From Eledone cirrhosa (lineage: Eukaryota), in contig OZ024742.1 of assembly GCA_964016885.1 (NCBI GenBank), forward strand, positions 45,880,001 through 45,944,000: a stretch of DNA of 64,000 nucleotides. Reading direction: 5' to 3'. Both the position numbers and the translations under genes were made by a program. Below the pieces are notes generated by a model that saw only the letters and a program-made list of their open reading frames with translations, was not told the DNA's origin and did not search any database. Shown one piece after another: positions 44,301 to 59,300 of this stretch. Position 1 is the first letter of the stretch; each line of letters begins with the position of its first letter.

Positions 44301-47300
44301 GGGTTAAAGATATAGGTAATGTCTTTCATTAGAAATATGGTAATAAAAGGGTTAAATACATAGGTAGTGTCTTTCATTAGAAATATGGTAATAAAAGGGT
44401 TAAAGACATAGGTAGTATCTTTCATTAGAAATATGGTAATAAAAGGGTTAAATACATAGGTAGTGTCTTTCATTAGAAATATGGTAATAAAAGGGTTAAA
44501 GACATAGGTAGTGTCTTTCATTAGAAATAAGGTAATAAAAGGGTTGAAGATATAGTGTCTTTCATTAGAAATATGGTAATAAAAGGGTTAAAGATATAGG
44601 TAGTGTCTTTCTTTAGAAATATGTTAATAAAAGGGTTAAAGACATAGGTAGTATCTCACTTTAGAAATATGATAATAAAAGGGTTGAAGATATAGCTACT
44701 GTCTTTCATTAGAAATATGGTAATAAAAGGGTTAAAGACCTAGGTAGTGTCTTTCATTAGAAATATGGTAATAAAAGGGTTAAAGATATAGGTAATGTCT
44801 TTCATTAGAAATATGGTAATAAATGGTTTAAATACATAGGTAATGTCTTTCATTAGAAATATGGTAATAAAAGGGTTAAAGACATAGGCAGTATCTCTCT
44901 TTAGAAATATGGTAATAAAAGCGTTAAAGACATAGGTAGTGTCTTTCATTAGAAATATGGTAATAAAAGGGTTAAATACATAGGTAGTGTCTCTCTTTAG
45001 AAATATGGTAATAAAAGGGTTAAAGACATAGGTAGTGTCCTTTATTAGAAATATGGTAATAAAAGGGTTAAAGATATAGGTAATGTCTTTCATTAGAAAT
45101 ATGGTAATAAAAGGGTTAAATACATAGGTAGTGTCTTTCATTAGAAATATGGTAATAAAAGGGTTAAAGACATAGGTAGTATCTTTCATTAGAAATATGG
45201 TAATAAAAGGGTTAAATACATAGGTAGTGTCTTTCATTAGAAATATGGTAATAAAAGGGTTAAAGACATAGGTAGTGTCTTTCATTAGAAATAAGGTAAT
45301 AAAAGGGTTGAAGATATAGTGTCTTTCATTAGAAATATGGTAATAAAAGGGTTAAAGACATAGGTAGTATCTCACTTTAGAAATATGATAATAAAAGGGT
45401 TGAAGATATAGCTACTGTCTTTCATTAGAAATATGGTAATAAAAGGGTTAAAGACCTAGGTAGTGTCCTTTATTAGAAATATGGTAGTAAAAGGGTTAAA
45501 GACATAGGTAGTGTCTCTCTTTAGAAATATGGTAATAAAAGGGTAAAAGACATAGGTAGTATCTTTCATTAGAAATATGGTAACAAAAGGGTTAAAGATA
45601 TAGGTAGTGCCTCTCTTTAGAAATATGGTAATAAAAGGGTTAAAGACATAGGTAGTGTCTTTCATTAGAAATATGGTAATAAAAGGGTTAAAGATATAGG
45701 TAGTGTCTCTCTTTAGAAATATGGTAATAAAAGGGTTAAAGATATAGGTAGTGTCTCTCTTTAGAAATATGGTAATAAAAGGGTAAAAGACATAGGTAGT
45801 ATCTTTCATTAGAAATATGGTAATAAAAGGGTTAAATACATAGGTAGTGTCCTTTATTAGAAATATGGTAATAAAAGCGTTAAAGACATAGGTAGTGTCT
45901 TTCATTAGAAATATGGTAATAAAAGGCTTAAATACATAGGTAGTGTCCTTTATTAGAAATATGGTAATAAAAGGGTTAAAGACATAGGTAGTGTCTTTCA
46001 TTAGAAATATGGTAATAAAAGGGTTAAAGACATAGGTAGTATCTTTCATTAGAAATATGGTAACAAAAGGGGTAAAGATATAGGTAGTGTCTCTCTTTAG
46101 AAAGATGGTAATAAAAGGGTTAAAGATATAGGTAGTGTCTCTCTTTAGAAATATAGTAATAAAAGGGTTAACGACATAGGTAGTGTCTTTCATTAGAAAG
46201 ATGGTAATAAAAGGGTTAAAGATATAGGTAGTGTCTTTCATTAGAAATATGGTAATAAAAGGGTTAAATACATAGGTAGTGTCTTTCATTAGAAATATGG
46301 TAATAAAAGGGTTAAAGACATAGGTAGTATCTTTCATTAGAAATATGGTAATAAAAGGGTTAAATACATAGGTAGTGTCTTTCATTAGAAATATGGTAAT
46401 AAAAGGGTTAAAGACATAGGTAGTGTCTTTCATTAGAAATAAGGTAATAAAAGGGTTGAAGATATAGTGTCTTTCATTAGAAATATGGTAATAAAAGGGT
46501 TAAAGATATAGGTAGTGTCTTTCTTTAGAAATATGTTAATAAAAGGGTTAAAGACATAGGTAGTATCTCACTTTAGAAATATGATAATAAAAGGGTTGAA
46601 GATATAGCTACTGTCTTTCATTAGAAATATGGTAATAAAAGGGTTAAAGACCTAGGTAGTGTCTCTCATTAGAAATATGGTAATAAAAGGGTTAAAGATA
46701 TAGGTAATGTCTTTCATTAGAAATATGGTAATAAATGGTTTAAATACATAGGTAAAGTCTTTCATTAGAAATATGGTAATAAAAGGGTTAAAGACATAGG
46801 TAGTATCTTTCATTAGAAATATGGTAATAAAAGGGTTAAAGACATAGGTAGTATCTTTCATTAGAAATATGGTAATAAAAGGGTTAAAGATATAGGTAGT
46901 ATCTCACTTTAGAAATATGGTAATAAAAGGGTTGAAGATATAGCTAGTGTCTTTCATTAGAATTATGGTAATAAAAGGGTTAAAGACATAGGTAGTGTCT
47001 CACTTTAGAAATATGGTAATAAAAGGGTTAAAGACATAGGTAGTATCTCACTTTGGAAATATGGTAATAAAAGGGTTAAAGACATAGGCAGTATCTCTCT
47101 TTAGAAATATGGTAATAAAAGCGTTAAAGACATAGGTAGTGTCTTTCATTAGAAATATGGTAATAAAAGGGTTAAAGACATAGGCAGTATCTCTCTTTAG
47201 AAATATGGTAATAAAAGGGTTAAAGACATAGGTAGTATCTCACTTTGGAAATATGGTAATAAAAGGGTTAAAGATATAGGTAGTGTCTTTCATTAGAAAT

Positions 47301-50300
47301 ATGGTAATAAAAGAGTTAAAGACATAGGCAGTATCTCTCTTTAGAAATATGGTAATAAAAGCGTTAAAGACATAGGTAGTGTCTTTCATTAGAAATATGG
47401 TAATAAAAGGGTTAAATACATAGGTAGTGTCTCTCTTTAGAAATATGGTAATAAAAGGGTTAAAGACATAGGTAGTGTCCTTTATTAGAAATATGGTAAT
47501 AAAAGGGTTAAAGATATAGGTAATGTCTTTCATTAGAAATATGGTAATAAAAGGGTTAAAGACATAGGTAGTATCTTTCATTAGAAATATGTTAATAAAA
47601 GGGTTAAAGACATAGGTAGTATCTTTCATTAGAAATATGGTAATAAAAGGGTTAAAGACATAGGTAGTGTCTCTCTTTAGAAATATGATAATAAAAGGGT
47701 TAAAGACATAGGTAGTGTCTTTCATTAGAAATATGGTAATAAAAGGGTTAAAGACATAGGTAGTATCTTTCATTAGAAATATGGTAATAAAAGGGTTAAA
47801 GATATAGGTAATGTCTTTCATTAGAAATATGGTAATAAAAGGGTTAAAGACATAGGTAGTATCTTTCATTAGAAATATGTTAATAAAAGGGTTAAAGACA
47901 TAGGTAGTATCTTTCATTAGAAATATGGTAATAAAAGGGTTAAAGACATAGGTAGTGTCTCTCTTTAGAAATATGGTAATAAAAGGGTTAAAGACATAGG
48001 TAGTATCTCACTTTGGAAATATGGTAATAAAAGGGTTGAAGATATAGTGTCTTTCATTAGAAATATGGTAATAAAAGGGTTAAAGACATAGGTAGTGTCT
48101 TTCATTAGAAATATGGTAATAAAAGGGTTAAAGACACAGGTAGTATCTCACTTTAGAAATATGGTAATAAAAGGGTTGAAGATATAGTGTCTTTCATTAG
48201 AAATATGGTAATAAAAGGGTTAAAGGTATAGGTAGTGTCTTTCTTTAGAAATATGGTAACAAAAGGGTTAAATACATAGGTAGTGTCTTTCATTAGAAAT
48301 ATGGTAATAAAAGAGTTAAAGACATAGGTAGTGTCTTTCATTAGAAATATGGTAATAAAAGGGTTAAATACATAGGTAGTGTCTTTCATTAGAAATATGG
48401 TAACAAAAGGGTTAAAGATATAGGTAGTGTCTCTCTTTAGAAATATGGTAATAAAAGGGTTAAAGACATAGGTAGTGTCTTTCATTAGAAATATGGTAAT
48501 AAAAGGGTTAAAGACACAGGTAGTGTCTTTCATTAGAAATATGTTAATAAAAGGGTTAAAGATATAGGCAGTGTCTTTCATTAGAAATATGGTAACAAAA
48601 GGGTTAAAGACATAGGTAGTATCTTTCATTAGAAATATGGTAACAAAAGGGTTAAAGACATAGGTAGTATCTTTCATTAGAAATATGGTAATAAAAGGGT
48701 TAAAGATATAGGTAGTATCTCACTTTAGAAATATCGTAACAAAAGGGTTAAAGACATAGGTAGTGTCTTTCATTAGAAATATGGTAATAAAAGGGTTAAA
48801 GACACAGGTAGTATCTTTCATTAGAAATATGGTAATAAAAGGGTTAAAGACATAGGTAGTGTCTTTCATTAGAAATATGTTAATAAAAGGGTTAAAGACA
48901 TAGGTAGTATCTTTCATTAGAAATATGGTAACAAAAGGGTTAAAGACATAGGTAGTGTCTTTCATTAGAAATATGGTAATAAAAGGGTTAAAGACACAGG
49001 TAGTATCTTTCATTAGAAATATGGTAATAAAAGGGTTAAAGACATAGGTAGTGTCTTTCATTAGAAATATGTTAATAAAAGGGTTAAAGACATAGGTAGT
49101 ATCTTTCATTAGAAATATGGTAACAAAAGGGTTAAAGACATAGGTAGTATCTTTCATTAGAAATATGGTAACAAAAGGGTTAAAGACATAGGTAGTATCT
49201 TTCATTAGAAATATGGTAATAAAAGGGTTAAAGACACAGGTAGTATCTTTCATTAGAAATATGGTAATAAAAGGGTTAAAGACATAGGTAGTGTCTTTCA
49301 TTAGAAATATGTTAATAAAAGGGTTAAAGACAGGTAGTATCTTTCATTAGAAATATGGTAACAAAAGGGTTAAAGACATAGGTAGTGTCTTTCATTAGAA
49401 ATATGGTAATAAAAGGGTTAAAGACACAGGTAGTATCTTTCATTAGAAATATGGTAATAAAAGGGTTAAAGACATAGGTAGTGTCTTTCATTCGAAATAT
49501 GTTAATAAAAGGGTTAAAGACATAGGTAGTATCTTTCATTAGAAATATGGTAACAAAAGGGTTAAAGACATAGGTAGTATCTTTCATTAGAAATATGGTA
49601 ATAAAAGGGTTAAAGACATAGGTAGTGTCTTTCATTAGAAATATGTTAATAAAAGGGTTAAAGATATAGGCAGTATCTCTCTTTAGAAATATGGTAATAA
49701 AAGGTTTGAAGATATAGTGTCTTTCATTAGAAATATGGTAATAAAAGGGTTAAAGGTATAGGTAGTGTCTTTCTTTAGAAATATGGTAACAAAAGGGTTA
49801 AATACATAGGTAGTGTCTTTCATTAGAAATATGGTAATAAAAGAGTTAAAGACATAGGTAGTGTCTTTCATTAGAAATATGGTAATAAAAGGGTTAAATA
49901 CATAGGTAGTGTCTTTCATTAGAAATATGGTAACAAAAGGGTTAAAGATATAGGTAGTGTCTCTCTTTAGAAATATGGTAATAAAAGGGTTAAAGACATA
50001 GGTAGTGTCTTTCATTAGAAATATGGTAATAAAAGGGTTAAAGACACAGGTAGTGTCTTTCATTAGAAATATGTTAATAAAAGGGTTAAAGATATAGGCA
50101 GTGTCTTTCATTAGAAATATGGTAACAAAAGGGTTAAAGACATAGGTAGTATCTTTCATTAGAAATATGGTAACAAAAGGGTTAAAGACATAGGTAGTAT
50201 CTTTCATTAGAAATATGGTAATAAAAGGGTTAAAGATATAGGTAGTATCTCACTTTAGAAATATCGTAACAAAAGGGTTAAAGACATAGGTAGTGTCTTT

Positions 50301-53300
50301 CATTAGAAATATGGTAATAAAAGGGTTAAAGACACAGGTAGTATCTTTCATTAGAAATATGGTAATAAAAGGGTTAAAGACATAGGTAGTGTCTTTCATT
50401 AGAAATATGTTAATAAAAGGGTTAAAGACATAGGTAGTATCTTTCATTAGAAATATGGTAACAAAAGGGTTAAAGACATAGGTAGTGTCTTTCATTAGAA
50501 ATATGGTAATAAAAGGGTTAAAGACACAGGTAGTATCTTTCATTAGAAATATGGTAATAAAAGGGTTAAAGACATAGGTAGTGTCTTTCATTAGAAATAT
50601 GTTAATAAAAGGGTTAAAGACATAGGTAGTATCTTTCATTAGAAATATGGTAACAAAAGGGTTAAAGACATAGGTAGTATCTTTCATTAGAAATATGGTA
50701 ACAAAAGGGTTAAAGACATAGGTAGTATCTTTCATTAGAAATATGGTAATAAAAGGGTTAAAGACACAGGTAGTATCTTTCATTAGAAATATGGTAATAA
50801 AAGGGTTAAAGACATAGGTAGTGTCTTTCATTAGAAATATGTTAATAAAAGGGTTAAAGACATAGGTAGTATCTTTCATTAGAAATATGGTAACAAAAGG
50901 GTTAAAGACATAGGTAGTGTCTTTCATTAGAAATATGGTAATAAAAGGGTTAAAGACACAGGTAGTATCTTTCATTAGAAATATGGTAATAAAAGGGTTA
51001 AAGACATAGGTAGTGTCTTTCATTAGAAATATGTTAATAAAAGGGTTAAAGACATAGGTAGTATCTTTCATTAGAAATATGGTAACAAAAGGGTTAAAGA
51101 CATAGGTAGTATCTTTCATTAGAAATATGGTAATAAAAGGGTTAAAGACATAGGTAGTGTCTTTCATTAGAAATATGTTAATAAAAGGGTTAAAGATATA
51201 GGCAGTATCTCTCTTTAGAAATATGGTAATAAAAGGTTTGAAGATATAGTGTCTTTCATTAGAAATATGGTAATAAAAGGGTTAAAGATATAGGTAGTGT
51301 CTTTCTTTAGAAATATGTTAATAAAAGGGTTAAAGACATAGGTTGTGTCTTTCATTAGAAATATGGTAATAAAAGGGTTAAAGACATAGGTAGTATCTCA
51401 CTTTGGAAATATGGTAATAAAAGGGTTGAAGATATAGTGTCTTTCATTAGAAATATGGTAATAAAAGGGTTAAAGATATAGGTAGTGTCTTTCTTTAGAA
51501 ATAAAAGGGTTAAAGACCTAGGTAGTGTCTTTCATTAGAAACATGGTAATAAAAGGGTTAAAGACATAGGTAGTATCTCACTTTAGAAATATGGTAATAA
51601 AAGGGTTGAAGATATAGGTAGTGTCTTTCATTAGAAATATGGTAATAAAAGGGTTAAAGACATAGGTAGTGTCTTTCATTAGAAATATGGTAATAAAAGG
51701 GTTAAATACATAGGTAGTGTCTTTCATTAGAAATATGGTAATAAAAGAGTTAAAGACATAGGTAGTGTCTCTCTTTAGAAATATGGTAACAAAAGGGTTA
51801 AAGATATAGGCAGTATCTCTCTTTAGAAATATGGTAATAAAAGGGTTAAGGACATAGGTAGTGTCTCTCTTTAGAAATATGGTAACAAAAGGGTTAAAGA
51901 TATAGGCAGTATCTCTCTTTAGAAATATGGTAATAAAAGGGTTAAAGACATAGGTAGTGTCTTTCATTAGAAATATGGTAATAAAAGGGGTAAATACATA
52001 GGTAGTATCCTTTATTAGAAATATGGTAATAAAAGGGTTAAAGACATAGGTAGTGTCTTTCATTAGAAATATGGTAATAAAAGGGTTAAAGACATAGGTA
52101 GTGTCTTTCATTAGAAATAAGGTAATAAAAGGGTTAAAGATATAGGTAGTGTCTCTCTTTAGAAATATGGTAATAAAAGGGTTAAAGACATAGGTAGTGC
52201 CTCTCTTTAGAAATATGGTAATAAAAGGGTTAAAGACATAGGTAGTGTCTTTCATTAGAAATATGGTAATAAAAGGGTTAAAGATATAGGTAGTGTCTTT
52301 CTTTAGAAATATGTTAATAAAAGGGTTAAGGACATAGGTAGTGTCTTTCATTAGAAATATGGTAATAAAAGGGTTAAAGACATAGGTAGTGTCTCTCTTT
52401 AGAAATATGATAATAAAAGGGTTAAAGACATAGGTAGTGTCTTTCATTAGAAATATGGTAATAAAAGGGTTAAAGACATAGGTAGTATCTTTCATTAGAA
52501 ATATGGTAATAAAAGGGTTAAAGATATAGGTAATGTCTTTCATTAGAAATATGGTAATAAAAGGGTTAAAGACATAGGTAGTATCTTTCATTAGAAATAT
52601 GTTAATAAAAGGGTTAAAGACATAGGTAGTATCTTTCATTAGAAATATGGTAATAAAAGGGTTAAAGACATAGGTAGTGTCTCTCTTTAGAAATATGGTA
52701 ATAAAAGGGTTAAAGACATAGGTAGTATCTCACTTTGGAAATATGGTAATAAAAGGGTTGAAGATATAGTGTCTTTCATTAGAAATATGGTAATAAAAGG
52801 GTTAAAGACATAGGTAGTGTCTTTCATTAGAAATATGGTAATAAAAGGGTTAAAGACACAGGTAGTATCTCACTTTAGAAATATGGTAATAAAAGGGTTG
52901 AAGATATAGTGTCTTTCATTAGAAATATGGTAATAAAAGGGTTAAAGGTATAGGTAGTGTCTTTCTTTAGAAATATGGTAACAAAAGGGTTAAATACATA
53001 GGTAGTGTCTTTCATTAGAAATATGGTAATAAAAGAGTTAAAGACATAGGTAGTGTCTTTCATTAGAAATATGGTAATAAAAGGGTTAAATACATAGGTA
53101 GTGTCTTTCATTAGAAATATGGTAACAAAAGGGTTAAAGATATAGGTAGTGTCTCTCTTTAGAAATATGGTAATAAAAGGGTTAAAGACATAGGTAGTGT
53201 CTTTCATTAGAAATATGGTAATAAAAGGGTTAAAGACACAGGTAGTGTCTTTCATTAGAAATATGTTAATAAAAGGGTTAAAGATATAGGCAGTGTCTTT

Positions 53301-56300
53301 CATTAGAAATATGGTAACAAAAGGGTTAAAGACATAGGTAGTATCTTTCATTAGAAATATGGTAACAAAAGGGTTAAAGACATAGGTAGTATCTTTCATT
53401 AGAAATATGGTAATAAAAGGGTTAAAGATATAGGTAGTATCTCACTTTAGAAATATCGTAACAAAAGGGTTAAAGACATAGGTAGTGTCTTTCATTAGAA
53501 ATATGGTAATAAAAGGGTTAAAGACACAGGTAGTATCTTTCATTAGAAATATGGTAATAAAAGGGTTAAAGACATAGGTAGTGTCTTTCATTAGAAATAT
53601 GTTAATAAAAGGGTTAAAGACATAGGTAGTATCTTTCATTAGAAATATGGTAACAAAAGGGTTAAAGACATAGGTAGTGTCTTTCATTAGAAATATGGTA
53701 ATAAAAGGGTTAAAGACACAGGTAGTATCTTTCATTAGAAATATGGTAATAAAAGGGTTAAAGACATAGGTAGTGTCTTTCATTAGAAATATGTTAATAA
53801 AAGGGTTAAAGACATAGGTAGTATCTTTCATTAGAAATATGGTAACAAAAGGGTTAAAGACATAGGTAGTATCTTTCATTAGAAATATGGTAATAAAAGG
53901 GTTAAAGACATAGGTAGTGTCTTTCATTAGAAATATGTTAATAAAAGGGTTAAAGATATAGGCAGTATCTCTCTTTAGAAATATGGTAATAAAAGGTTTG
54001 AAGATATAGTGTCTTTCATTAGAAATATGGTAATAAAAGGGTTAAAGATATAGGTAGTGTCTTTCTTTAGAAATATGTTAATAAAAGGGTTAAAGACATA
54101 GGTTGTGTCTTTCATTAGAAATATGGTAATAAAAGGGTTAAAGACATAGGTAGTATCTCACTTTGGAAATATGGTAATAAAAGGGTTGAAGATATAGTGT
54201 CTTTCATTAGAAATATGGTAATAAAAGGGTTAAAGATATAGGTAGTGTCTTTCTTTAGAAATAAAAGGGTTAAAGACCTAGGTAGTGTCTTTCATTAGAA
54301 ACATGGTAATAAAAGGGTTAAAGACATAGGTAGTGTCTTTCATTAGAAATATGGTAATAAAAGGGTTAAATACATAGGTAGTGTCTTTCATTAGAAATAT
54401 GGTAATAAAAGAGTTAAAGACATAGGTAGTGTCTCTCTTTAGAAATATGGTAACAAAAGGGTTAAAGATATAGGCAGTATCTCTCTTTAGAAATATGGTA
54501 ATAAAAGGGTTAAAGACATAGGTAGTATCTTTCATTAGAAATATGGTAATAAAAGGGTTAAGGACATAGGTAGTGTCTCTCTTTAGAAATATGGTAACAA
54601 AAGGGTTAAAGATATAGGCAGTATCTCTCTTTAGAAATATGGTAATAAAAGGGTTAAAGACATAGGTAGTGTCTTTCATTAGAAATATGGTAATAAAAGG
54701 GTTAAATACATAGGTAGTATCCTTTAAAGACATAGGTAGTGTCTTTCATTAGAAATATGGTAATAAAAGGGTTAAAGACATAGGTAGTGTCTTTCATTAG
54801 AAATAAGGTAATAAAAGGGTTAAAGATATAGGTAGTGTCTCTCTTTAGAAATATGGTAATAAAAGGGTTAAAGACATAGGTAGTGCCTCTCTTTAGAAAT
54901 ATGGTAATAAAAGGGTTAAAGACATAGGTAGTGTCTTTCATTAGAAATATGGTAATAAAAGGGTTAAAGATATAGGTAGTGTCTTTCTTTAGAAATATGT
55001 TAATAAAAGGGTTAAGGACATAGGTAGTGTCTTTCATTAGAAATATGGTAATAAAAGGGTTAAAGACATAGGTAGTGTCTTTCATTAGAAATATGGTAAT
55101 AAAAGGGTTAAAGACATAGGTAGTGTCTCTCTTTAGAAATATGGTAATAAAAGGGTTGAAGATATAGTGTCTTTCATTAGAAATATGGTAATAAAAAGGT
55201 TAAAGATATAGGTAGTGTCTTTCATTAGAAATATGGTAATAAAAGGGTTAAAGACATAGGTAGTATCTTTCATTAGAAATATGGTAATAAAAGGGTTAAA
55301 GGCATAGGTAGTATAGTTCATTAGAAATATGGTAATAAAGGGTTAAAGACATAGGTAGTGTCTCTCTTTAGAAATATGGTAACAAAAGGGTTAAAGATAT
55401 AGGCAGTATCTCTCTTTAGAAATATGGTAATAAAAGGGTTAAAGACATAGGTAGTATCTTTCATTAGAAATATCGTAACAAAAGGGTTAAAGATATAGGC
55501 AGTATCTCTCTTTTGAAATACGGTAATAAAAGGGTTAAATACATAGGTAGTGTCTTTCATTAGAAATATGGTAATAAAAGGGTTAAATACATAGGTAGTA
55601 TCCTTTATTAGAAATATGGTAATAAAAGGGTTAAAGACATAGGTAGTGTCTTTCATTAGAAATATGGTAATAAAAGGGTTAAAGACATAGGTAGTATCTT
55701 TCATTGGAAATATGGTAATAAAAGGGTTAAAGACATAGGTAGTGTCTCTCTTTAGAAATATGGTAATAAAAGGGTTAAAGACATAGGTAGTATCTTTCAT
55801 TGGAAATATGGTAATAAAAGGGTTAAAGACATAGGTAGTGTCTTTCATTAGAAATATGGTAATAAAAGGGTTAAAGACATAGGTAGTGTCTTTCCTTAGA
55901 AATATGGTAATAAAAGGGTTAAAGATATAGGTAATATCTTTCATTAGAAATATGGTAATAAAAGGATTAAAGACATAGGTAGTGTCTTTCATTAGAAATA
56001 TGGTAACAAAAGGGTTAAAGACATAGGTAGTGTCTTTCATTAGAAATATGGTAATAAAAGGGTTAAAGACACAGGTAGTATCTTTCATTAGAAATATGGT
56101 AATAAAAGGGTTAAAGACATAGGTAGTGTCTTTCATTAGAAATATGTTAATAAAAGGGTTAAAGACATAGGTAGTATCTTTCATTAGAAATATGGTAACA
56201 AAAGGGTTAAAGACATAGGTAGTATCTTTCATTAGAAATATGGTAATAAAAGGGTTAAAGACATAGGTAGTGTCTTTCATTAGAAATATGTTAATAAAAG

Positions 56301-59300
56301 GGTTAAAGATATAGGCAGTATCTCTCTTTAGAAATATGGTAATAAAAGGTTTGAAGATATAGTGTCTTTCATTAGAAATATGGTAATAAAAGGGTTAAAG
56401 ATATAGGTAGTGTCTTTCTTTAGAAATATGTTAATAAAAGGGTTAAAGACATAGGTTGTGTCTTTCATTAGAAATATGGTAATAAAAGGGTTAAAGACAT
56501 AGGTAGTATCTCACTTTGGAAATATGGTAATAAAAGGGTTGAAGATATAGTGTCTTTCATTAGAAATATGGTAATAAAAGGGTTAAAGATATAGGTAGTG
56601 TCTTTCTTTAGAAATAAAAGGGTTAAAGACCTAGGTAGTGTCTTTCATTAGAAACATGGTAATAAAAGGGTTAAAGACATAGGTAGTATCTCACTTTAGA
56701 AATATGGTAATAAAAGGGTTGAAGATATAGGTAGTGTCTTTCATTAGAAATATGGTAATAAAAGGGTTAAAGACATAGGTAGTGTCTTTCATTAGAAATA
56801 TGGTAATAAAAGGGTTAAATACATAGGTAGTGTCTTTCATTAGAAATATGGTAATAAAAGAGTTAAAGACATAGGTAGTGTCTCTCTTTAGAAATATGGT
56901 AACAAAAGGGTTAAAGATATAGGCAGTATCTCTCTTTAGAAATATGGTAATAAAAGGGTTAAAGACATAGGTAGTATCTTTCATTAGAAATATGGTAATA
57001 AAAGGGTTAAGGACATAGGTAGTGTCTCTCTTTAGAAATATGGTAACAAAAGGGTTAAAGATATAGGCAGTATCTCTCTTTAGAAATATGGTAATAAAAG
57101 GGTTAAAGACATAGGTAGTGTCTTTCATTAGAAATATGGTAATAAAAGGGTTAAATACATAGGTAGTATCCTTTATTAGAAATATGGTAATAAAAGGGTT
57201 AAAGACATAGGTAGTGTCTTTCATTAGAAATATGGTAATAAAAGGGTTAAAGACATAGGTAGTGTCTTTCATTAGAAATAAGGTAATAAAAGGGTTAAAG
57301 ATATAGGTAGTGTCTCTCTTTAGAAATATGGTAATAAAAGGGTTAAAGACATAGGTAGTGCCTCTCTTTAGAAATATGGTAATAAAAGGGTTAAAGACAT
57401 AGGTAGTGTCTTTCATTAGAAATATGGTAATAAAAGGGTTAAATATATAGGTAGTGTCTTTCTTTAGAAATATGTTAATAAAAGGGTTAAGGACATAGGT
57501 AGTGTCTTTCATTAGAAATATGGTAATAAAAGGGTTAAAGACATAGGTAGTGTCTCTCTTTAGAAATATGATAATAAAAGGGTTAAAGACATAGGTAGTG
57601 TCTTTCATTAGAAATATGGTAATAAAAGGGTTAAAGACATAGGTAGTATCTTTCATTAGAAATATGGTAATAAAAGGGTTAAAGATATAGGTAATGTCTT
57701 TCATTAGAAATATGGTAATAAAAGGGTTAAAGACATAGGTAGTATCTTTCATTAGAAATATGTTAATAAAAGGGTTAAAGACATAGGTAGTATCTTTCAT
57801 TAGAAATATGGTAATAAAAGGGTTAAAGACATAGGTAGTGTCTCTCTTTAGAAATATGGTAATAAAAGGGTTAAAGACATAGGTAGTATCTCACTTTGGA
57901 AATATGGTAATAAAAGGGTTGAAGATATAGTGTCTTTCATTAGAAATATGGTAATAAAAGGGTTAAAGACATAGGTAGTATCTTTCATTAGAAATATGGT
58001 AATAAAAGGGTTAAAGGCATAGGTAGTATAGTTCATTAGAAATATGGTAATAAAGGGTTAAAGACATAGGTAGTGTCTCTCTTTAGAAATATGGTAACAA
58101 AAGGGTTAAAGATATAGGCAGTATCTCTCTTTAGAAATATGGTAATAAAAGGGTTAAAGACATAGGTAGTATCTTTCATTAGAAATATCGTAACAAAAGG
58201 GTTAAAGATATAGGCAGTATCTCTCTTTTGAAATACGGTAATAAAAGGGTTAAATACATAGGTAGTGTCTTTCATTAGAAATATGGTAATAAAAGGGTTA
58301 AATACATAGGTAGTATCCTTTATTAGAAATATGGTAATAAAAGGGTTAAAGACATAGGTAGTGTCTTTCATTAGAAATATGGTAATAAAAGGGTTAAAGA
58401 CATAGGTAGTATCTTTCATTGGAAATATGGTAATAAAAGGGTTAAAGACATAGGTAGTGTCTCTCTTTAGAAATATGGTAATAAAAGGGTTAAAGACATA
58501 GGTAGTATCTTTCATTGGAAATATGGTAATAAAAGGGTTAAAGACATAGGTAGTGTCTTTCATTAGAAATATGGTAATAAAAGGGTTAAAGACATAGGTA
58601 GTGTCTTTCCTTAGAAATATGGTAATAAAAGGGTTAAAGATATAGGTAATATCTTTCATTAGAAATATGGTAATAAAAGGATTAAAGACATAGGTAGTGT
58701 CTCTGTTTAGAAATATGGTAATAAAAGGGTAAAAGACATAGGTAGTATCTTTCATTAGAAATATGGTAATAAAAGGTTTAAAGACATAGGTAGTATCTTT
58801 CATTAGAAATATTGTAATAAAAGGGTTAAAGACATAGGTAGTATCTTTCATTAGAAATATGGTAATAAAAGGGTTAAAGGCATAGGTAGTATAGTTCATT
58901 AGAAATATGGTAATAAAGGGTTAAAGACATAGGTAGTGTCTCTCTTTAGAAATATGGTAACAAAAGGGTTAAAGATATAGGCAGTATCTCTCTTTAGAAA
59001 TATGGTAATAAAAGGGTTAAAGACATAGGTAGTATCTTTCATTAGAAATATCGTAACAAAAGGGTTAAAGATATAGGCAGTATCTCTCTTTTGAAATACG
59101 GTAATAAAAGGGTTAAATACATAGGTAGTGTCTTTCATTAGAAATATGGTAATAAAAGGGTTAAATACATAGGTAGTATCCTTTATTAGAAATATGGTAA
59201 TAAAAGGGTTAAAGACATAGGTAGTGTCTTTCATTAGAAATATGGTAATAAAAGGGTTAAAGACATAGGTAGTATCTTTCATTGGAAATATGGTAATAAA

